Shown here: positions 58,576 through 64,000 of the stretch, one piece after another | Layout: each line of letters begins with the position of its first letter | Position numbering within the stretch: position 1 is the first letter of the stretch | Assembly: GCA_045656985.1 (NCBI GenBank) | Contig: JAZOSH010000017.1 | Location: 17,886 to 81,885, forward strand | DNA: 64,000 nucleotides | Reading direction: 5' to 3' | Source: Eubacteriales bacterium | GTDB taxonomy: Bacteria; Bacillota; Clostridia; Oscillospirales; CAG-272 | The notes under the pieces: generated by a model | What the model was told of the DNA's origin: nothing | Database searches by the model: none | Seen by the model: the letters and a program-made list of their open reading frames with translations, nothing else | Program-made: the position numbers and the translations under genes

Positions 58576-59396
58576 AAAAAACGCGCTCTGTATTTGAACG
58601 GATAGCAGGTGCGCCTTATGTATTTTGGGCTACGATGTTTATTGTTGCTCCCCTTCTCTTCGTTCTTTATTTTGCCTTTACCGACCGAAACGGAAGCTTC
58701 ACATTTGACAATATTCTTTCGCTTTCTCAGTATTCGGAGACCTTTGTAATGTCGCTTGGCTTCTCGCTTATTGCTACGACTGTCTGCCTCCTTATCGGTT
58801 ATCCTCTTGCATACTGTATGTCAAGAACCTCCGAGAGGACGCGCGGTGTTCTTATGGTGCTTCTTATGCTCCCGATGTGGATAAGTCTTCTTATAAGAAC
58901 ATACTCACTTATGGCACTTCTTGATAACGGTGGACTTGTAAGTTCACTTCTTGTCAGTCTTGGCTTTGAAAAGCTTACCTTTATCGGTACTGACGGTGCA
59001 GTTATCCTCGGTATGATATATGACTTTTTGCCCTATATGGTATTGCCGATATACACCTCACTTACGAAGCTTGACAAGCGTTATCTTGAGGCATCGGCCG
59101 ACCTTGGATGTAATGCGCTTCAAACACTTATAAAAGTTATTCTTCCTCTTACCACGCCCGGTATTGTCTCGGGAATAACAATGGTATTCGTACCCTCTAT
59201 TAGCACCTTTTATATATCTCAGAAGCTTGGTGGCGGTTCATTTGACCTTATCGGTGACACAATTGAGCGCCAGTTCCAGAATGCTGTTACATATCACACC
59301 GGTGCTGCTATATCGCTTGTAATGATGATCCTCATTCTTATCTCACTTGCGATAATGAATAAATTTTCAGATAACGAGGAGGAGATAATAGTATGA
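58572..59396 (+). CDS. potB: Spermidine/putrescine ABC transporter permease
   Basis: Polytopic. EAA-like loop [26 protein letters not shown] overlap with potA. Confidence 0.88.
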   Translation: MKKTRSVFERIAGAPYVFWATMFIVAPLLFVLYFAFTDRNGSFTFDNILSLSQYSETFVMSLGFSLIATTVCLLIGYPLAYCMSRTSERTRGVLMVLLMLPMWISLLIRTYSLMALLDNGGLVSSLLVSLGFEKLTFIGTDGAVILGMIYDFLPYMVLPIYTSLTKLDKRYLEASADLGCNALQTLIKVILPLTTPGIVSGITMVFVPSISTFYISQKLGGGSFDLIGDTIERQFQNAVTYHTGAAISLVMMILILISLAIMNKFSDNEEEIIV

Positions 59397-60193
59397 AATT
59401 CCTCTCTCGCTTCTACATCTTCATTATTTTTGCGATTCTTTACGCACCGATACTCGTTGTTATCCTCTTCTCCTTCAACGCTTCCGGAAATCTTAATAAT
59501 TTCTCTGGCTTTACCCTTAAATGGTACGGAGAGCTTTTCAGAGACGGACAAGCTCTTACAGCACTAAAGAATTCGCTGATAATTGCACTTACTTCGTCAC
59601 TCTTTGCAACTGTCATGGGCACCTTTGCCGCATTCAGTATCGCTCATTCAAAAAACAAATATTATCAGAAGATCATGAAGACGGTCTCAAATATTCCTAT
59701 GATGAATCCCGACATTGTAACAGGTGTTTCAATGATGCTTCTCTTTGTTGGCGTTGCATCTATACTGGGATTTAAGAATTCTCTTGGAATATGGACGATG
59801 ATAATTGCACATACCACTTTTAATCTGCCTTATGTTATTCTTTCTGTTTTGCCTAAGTTCAAGCAGATGGATAAGAATCTTATTGAGGCGGCACTTGATC
59901 TTGGTTGCACACCTGTACAAACATTTTTTAAAATAGAAGTTCCCTGCATACTTCCGGGAATCATATCGGGACTTATGATGAGCTTCACACTATCACTTGA
60001 TGACTTTGTAATTAGCCATTTTGTAAGTCACCCCGACATACAGACCTTGCCACTTTACATTTATAACCAGACTGCTCATAATGTAAAGTTCAGCATGTAC
60101 GCGCTTTGCACAATAATTATCATCACGATCCTCTTCCTTCTTATAGCAGTAAATTTTGCGGGGTCAAAGAAAAAAGGAGGTGCGACAAGATGA
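59393..60193 (+). CDS. potC: Spermidine/putrescine ABC transporter permease
   Basis: Polytopic. EAA-like loop IEAALDLGCTPVQTFFKIEVP. Overlaps potB. Confidence 0.88.
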   Translation: MKFLSRFYIFIIFAILYAPILVVILFSFNASGNLNNFSGFTLKWYGELFRDGQALTALKNSLIIALTSSLFATVMGTFAAFSIAHSKNKYYQKIMKTVSNIPMMNPDIVTGVSMMLLFVGVASILGFKNSLGIWTMIIAHTTFNLPYVILSVLPKFKQMDKNLIEAALDLGCTPVQTFFKIEVPCILPGIISGLMMSFTLSLDDFVISHFVSHPDIQTLPLYIYNQTAHNVKFSMYALCTIIIITILFLLIAVNFAGSKKKGGATR

Positions 60194-61431
60194 AAAAAAT
60201 TATCGCTTTACTCGTACTTCTTTGCATGCTTCTTATACTCACCCTTTCCTTCTCGTCATGTTCTTCAAACGAGGAAATAGTGCTCTATGTATACAACTGG
60301 GGTGAATACATCTCCGATGGATCGGAGGGTACAATTGATACAAACGCTGAATTTGAGAAATATTGCGCAGAGGTCCTTGGACTAAATGTAAGTGTAAACT
60401 ACTCTACTTATTCAAGTAATGAAAGCATGTATGCAAAGGTAAGCAGTGGCTCGGCTGTATATGACATCATCATTCCCTCTGACTATATGATTGAGAGAAT
60501 GATTGCCGAGGATCTTCTTGCACCTCTTAATATGTCAAAAATCCCGAATTATGAATTCGTTGATGAAAAGTTCAAGGGAGACAATGTCTATTATGAGGGT
60601 GACTCTGAAGAAACATACTCTGTTCCCTATTTCTACGGAATGATAGGAATCATCTATAATACAAATATTGTTGATGAAGAGGATGCCGCAAAACAGAGCT
60701 GGGATCTTATGTGGGATGATAAATATTCTCGTGATATACTTCAGTTCAACAATAGCCGCGATGCATTTGGAACTGCTCTTTATAAGCTTGGCTACGATGT
60801 AAACAATGCAACAGACGAGGAGTGGTATGAGGCACTTGAGCTCCTCAAGTCACAAAAAGAAATCGTTCAAGGCTATGTAATGGACGAGATATTCAACAAG
60901 ATGTCTAGCGGTTCAGCAGCAATCGCAGCGTACTATGCAGGTGACTTCCTCACGATGTATGAGGATAATGATGCCCTTGCTATATACTATCCCAAGGAAG
61001 GCACAAACTCCTACATTGATGCGATGTGTATACCGAAGAACAGTACAAACTATGACCTTGCACATGAATACATTAACTTTATGTGTAAAAAGGAAATAGC
61101 CATAGCAAATGCCGAATACACTTATTATGCCTCGCCCCTCACTTCCGTCATAAATGACGATGGATATCAGCAGACCATGGCAGAGGTACACGAGGATGCT
61201 GTTGAAATACTCTATGGAGATACAGCTGCATCTGTTCCCACACAAGCATATCTTAATCTCTCTCCCGAAAGACTCTCCTTTGTCAACGAGCTTTGGGAGG
61301 AGTTGAAGGTACAGAGCGGAATTCGTCCCGGCATCTATGTAACCTGCGGTGTGATACTTGCAGCGATCCTTGTACTTACTGTATCCCATGCAGTAAATAA
61401 AAAGAAAAGAGAAAAATATTATACACCGTAA
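60190..61431 (+). CDS. potD: Spermidine/putrescine-binding protein PotD with N-terminal lipoprotein signal and extra C-terminal TM segment
   Basis: ATG 60190 after AAGGAGG; the track ORF from 60106 lies inside potC. LSFSSC lipobox-like. YNWGEYI PotD start motif. C-terminal GIYVTCGVILAAILVLTVSHAVNKKKREK. Confidence 0.88.
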   Translation: MKKIIALLVLLCMLLILTLSFSSCSSNEEIVLYVYNWGEYISDGSEGTIDTNAEFEKYCAEVLGLNVSVNYSTYSSNESMYAKVSSGSAVYDIIIPSDYMIERMIAEDLLAPLNMSKIPNYEFVDEKFKGDNVYYEGDSEETYSVPYFYGMIGIIYNTNIVDEEDAAKQSWDLMWDDKYSRDILQFNNSRDAFGTALYKLGYDVNNATDEEWYEALELLKSQKEIVQGYVMDEIFNKMSSGSAAIAAYYAGDFLTMYEDNDALAIYYPKEGTNSYIDAMCIPKNSTNYDLAHEYINFMCKKEIAIANAEYTYYASPLTSVINDDGYQQTMAEVHEDAVEILYGDTAASVPTQAYLNLSPERLSFVNELWEELKVQSGIRPGIYVTCGVILAAILVLTVSHAVNKKKREKYYTP

Positions 61432-61435
61432 AACA

Positions 61436-61471
61436 AAAAGCGCAGGGCCTTAGCCCTGCGCTTGATTTTTA
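61436..61471. terminator. Bidirectional terminator (potD / rubredoxin)
   Basis: AAGCGCAGGGC-CTTA-GCCCTGCGCTT, then GATTTTTATTT. Confidence 0.88.
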
Positions 61472-61485
61472 TTTATTAAAGAATT

Positions 61486-61671
61486 TTATTCCTCATCCTC
61501 GTAGTCATTATCTTCGTCGGCGATCTCAAAGTCCTCCTTGCCAGCCGCACAGAGCGGGCAACACCAATCCTCCGGCAGATCGTCAAATTCAGTTTCGGGC
61601 GCTATATCGTTATCGGGGTCTCCTTTAGCAACCCTATAAATGTAACCGCAAAGCTGACATACATAATTCAT
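61486..61671 (-). CDS. Rubredoxin with acidic C-terminal tail
   Basis: ATG 61671 after [14 protein letters not shown]...[11 protein letters not shown] (two CxxC pairs). Tail [10 protein letters not shown]. Confidence 0.9.
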   Translation of the reverse strand: MNYVCQLCGYIYRVAKGDPDNDIAPETEFDDLPEDWCCPLCAAGKEDFEIADEDNDYEDEE

Positions 61672-61895
61672 ACATTTCCTCCTGAATATAAAATGGATTT
61701 GCAATATTATAATAATACCGAAATATACCTCTTGTCAAGGAATTTCTATATAAAAATAAAGCAAAAGTGCAATTTTGTAAATTATGTAAAAATGCCTCCC
61801 TTCAATATGAGAAATTTGCACAATAAATATGCCTTTCAAGTCTACCGCCAAGGTACAAATCATATTATGAAATATAATGATTTGGAAGGTGTGCT

Positions 61896-63461
61896 ATGAC
61901 AAGATTTGGGAGGTTTATTTTTAACGGAACGATACTTACAGCAGTATCGCTTTTTATAAGGGCTGTTTCCGTAGCCTTCAATGTATATGTAACAAATAAG
62001 ATAGGAGCCGAGGGAGTTGGCCTTTATACACTTATTTCAACAGTATACGGCTTTGCTCTTACGCTTGCTACATCAGGAATAAGTCTTGCTACAACTAGAC
62101 TTATTTCTGAACATCTGGGCAACGGTGCTGACGAAAAAGAAAACAGCATCCGGTGTATTATGGGCAGATGCGTAAGGTATGCCCTTGTATTCAGTATTAC
62201 TACCGCTATTATTCTATATACCTTCTCCGAACATATAGGCATTATTTTTCTACGCGATAATCGCACTGTGTCCTCCTTACGCCTTCTTGCCCTGACACTT
62301 CCCCCTATAGCGCTCTCCTCGGCTCTTGGCGGCTATTTTACGGCTATAAGACGGGTCTATAAGAATGCAGCTACACAAGTTCTTGGTCAATTCATAAAAA
62401 TATTTACAACTGTACTTTTATTTGGTAGTATATTCGCAAAGGATACAGAAAGTGCCTGTCTTGCAATGGTTATCGGAGGCGGTATCAGCGAAATTCTTTC
62501 CTTTCTTGTCCAATGGGGACTTTATGCGATTGAAAGACGTGATGCATGTCGGGATATATGCAGTCGCGATTATAAAAAACAAACATCAAAAAAACTTCTA
62601 GGAATTGCTCTGCCCGTCGCGTTCAGCGCATATGTGCGATCGGCGCTTCTGACTATTGAGCATATTCTTATCCCGATAGGACTTGAAAAAAGCGGTAACA
62701 ACAAATCTGCAGCACTTGCCGCTTACGGAACAGTACATAGCATGGTATTTCCGCTCGTTCTCTTTCCATCAGCCATTCTCTCGTCATTTGCTGGGCTTCT
62801 TGTTCCCGAGGTTTCCGAATCGAACGCGGCAAGGGATAAGGCGCGCATAGATAGAATAATTTCAAGAGTGCTCCGTGCCGCACTTATATTCTCGGTTGGG
62901 GTGGCAGGAATAATGTCTTCTTTTTCTTATGAGCTTGGCGATGTGCTATATCCAAACACTGATGCAGGAAAATATATACGAATGGTTGCTCCGCTTATTC
63001 CTGTTATGTATATAGATTCCTCTGTTGATGCGATACTCAAGGGACTTGGTCAGCAGGTATATTCAATGGGTGTTAATATACTTGACTCGGGGCTTTCTGT
63101 CATACTTGTTCTTATCCTTTTACCTAAATACGGAATAACAGGATTTATTATAACAGTATATTTTACAGAAATTATAAATGCGACCTTGAGTATAACAAGG
63201 CTTTTGATGTTGACCTCTGTCCGACCGCGAGTACTATCATGGGTAGCAAAACCACTCATTTCTGTGATATTTGCAACCATGATCATAAAGCTTTTATTCT
63301 CCGGTAATGAATGCTATATGATATCTGAAAATATCTCTCTTCTCTTTTATGTAATTGCCACACTTATAATTTATGTTATTTTATTATTTGTAACAAGAAC
63401 GGTAACTGCCGCTCAAGTGAGAAATTATAAAAGCTATCTTAAAAAAGGCTTTTCTAGATAA
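61896..63461 (+). CDS. spoVB: MOP-superfamily flippase, SpoVB-like (stage V sporulation protein B / MurJ-type)
   Basis: 521 aa, about 14 TM. N-terminus ...GTILTAVSLFIRAVSVAFNVYVTNKIGAEGVGLYTLISTVYGFALTLATSGISLATTRLISE is SpoVB-like. Confidence 0.7.
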   Translation: MTRFGRFIFNGTILTAVSLFIRAVSVAFNVYVTNKIGAEGVGLYTLISTVYGFALTLATSGISLATTRLISEHLGNGADEKENSIRCIMGRCVRYALVFSITTAIILYTFSEHIGIIFLRDNRTVSSLRLLALTLPPIALSSALGGYFTAIRRVYKNAATQVLGQFIKIFTTVLLFGSIFAKDTESACLAMVIGGGISEILSFLVQWGLYAIERRDACRDICSRDYKKQTSKKLLGIALPVAFSAYVRSALLTIEHILIPIGLEKSGNNKSAALAAYGTVHSMVFPLVLFPSAILSSFAGLLVPEVSESNAARDKARIDRIISRVLRAALIFSVGVAGIMSSFSYELGDVLYPNTDAGKYIRMVAPLIPVMYIDSSVDAILKGLGQQVYSMGVNILDSGLSVILVLILLPKYGITGFIITVYFTEIINATLSITRLLMLTSVRPRVLSWVAKPLISVIFATMIIKLLFSGNECYMISENISLLFYVIATLIIYVILLFVTRTVTAAQVRNYKSYLKKGFSR

Positions 63462-63497
63462 AAATACCCGACTGATTTTTCAGTCGGGTATTTTTTT
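63461..63497 (+). terminator. Intrinsic terminator after the spoVB-like gene
   Basis: AAAATACCCGACTG-ATTTTT-CAGTCGGGTATTTTTTT. Confidence 0.9.
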
Positions 63498-63516
63498 ATA
63501 ATTTTCTTAAAAACTA

Positions 63517-63545
63517 TTGCAAAACGAAAAAATATATGATATAAT
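63517..63545 (+). promoter_or_regulatory. Sigma-A promoter of tRNA-Val (TTGCAA, 17 nt spacer, TGaTATAAT)
   Basis: TTGCAA at 63517-63522 and TATAAT at 63540-63545. Confidence 0.75.
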
Positions 63546-63557
63546 ACCAATCGTTGC

Positions 63558-63634
63558 GGAGGCATAGCTCAGTTGGTTAGAGTACTTGCTTGACATGCAA
63601 GGGGTCACTGGTTCGAATCCAGTTGTCTCCACCA
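63558..63634 (+). tRNA. tRNA-Val (anticodon GAC), CCA encoded
   Basis: GGAGGCATAGCTCAGTTGGTTAGAGTACTTGCTTGACATGCAAGGGGTCACTGGTTCGAATCCAGTTGTCTCCACCA. Hand-folded cloverleaf with anticodon loop TTGACAT. Confidence 0.95.
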
Positions 63635-64000
63635 CGACAATATTGGTCCTTGCCGCGGATTCCCTCGCTATATAAGGCGGTTGCCTTCATAATGAACGGT
63701 AAGGAATAAATAAGAGTCAGATGTATTTGCCGATGTGGACAATTGCAGTCCATTTCTTGTCAAGTTACATCTGATTTTTTATTATAAAAAGATACGCTAA
63801 AATATATGTTCTTTTAGTTGGTAGCAAACTCTTTTCTACATAATGTTACAAATTCCGTTCTTTCTTCAAATGAAATAACTCAATCAGACTAAAGACTAAG
63901 AGCAGTTACATTTGCTCGCCAATTGCCGGGATCATTCGATGAGTAAACAGGATTTTCAATATTCAAGTACACATTGTCAAAAACATCATTCCGACACAAC

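Noticed and set aside
63635-64000. Region after tRNA-Val: a nested hairpin terminator (about 63717-63778) and an open minus-strand frame running into the window edge (…NDVFDNVYLNIENPVYSSNDPGNWRANVTALSL*, stop at 63889-63891). It might mark the start of a tRNA-associated island.
   Set aside because: Only 36 codons are visible, which is not significant in this composition. No att-like repeat of the tRNA-Val 3' end and no integrase can be seen inside the window. Flanking sequence is needed.

Overview
This window reads as a mostly housekeeping chromosome segment from a moderately AT-rich, endospore-forming Firmicute that looks Clostridia-like. It carries several Bacillus-type synteny blocks: mazG-hup-yabO-yabP-yabQ-divIC, SRP RNA-dnaX-ybaB-recR, tig-clpP-clpX, lepB-rbgA-rnhB-yraN and potABCD. 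I call about 60 CDSs, two tRNAs (Leu-GAG, Val-GAC), one large Alu-domain SRP RNA, many intrinsic terminators and several consensus sigma-A promoters. Sporulation genes are scattered through the window: yabP, yabQ, spoIIID, sigG, a spoVB-like gene, a mini M50/SpoIVFB-like protease, a DUF1540 protein and a BofC-like protein. Sugar modules are rhaA-rhaB with a divergent AraC regulator, nucleotidyltransferase-galE-galM, and an AraC regulator beside a cytoplasmic Asp-box propeller protein. I found no CRISPR array, transposase, integrase, phage block or recognisable defence operon, so I cannot honestly nominate a clear-cut novel system. Four things stand out. (1) A five-gene biotin-enzyme operon (3877-8730) combines a divergent acyl-CoA carboxyltransferase, an OadG-like anchor, a free BCCP, an OadB-like Na+ pump subunit and a biotin-domain-less OadA/5S-like carboxyltransferase. 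(2) Two unannotated promoter-plus-terminator units flank a GNAT gene (54925-55232 and 55921-56142), next to a degenerate duplicate of the tRNA-Leu 3' end. (3) An 18-bp hairpin doubles as the upstream terminator and occludes the sigG Shine-Dalgarno, with a forespore-type -10 inside its 5' arm. (4) Several divergent or degenerate enzymes are present: a PHP/CpsB-like protein without the histidine motifs, an ApgM-type mutase in the same gene string as thrC, and a PotD with anchors at both ends. All product calls come from motif recognition by eye. Boundaries of RNA elements are approximate.
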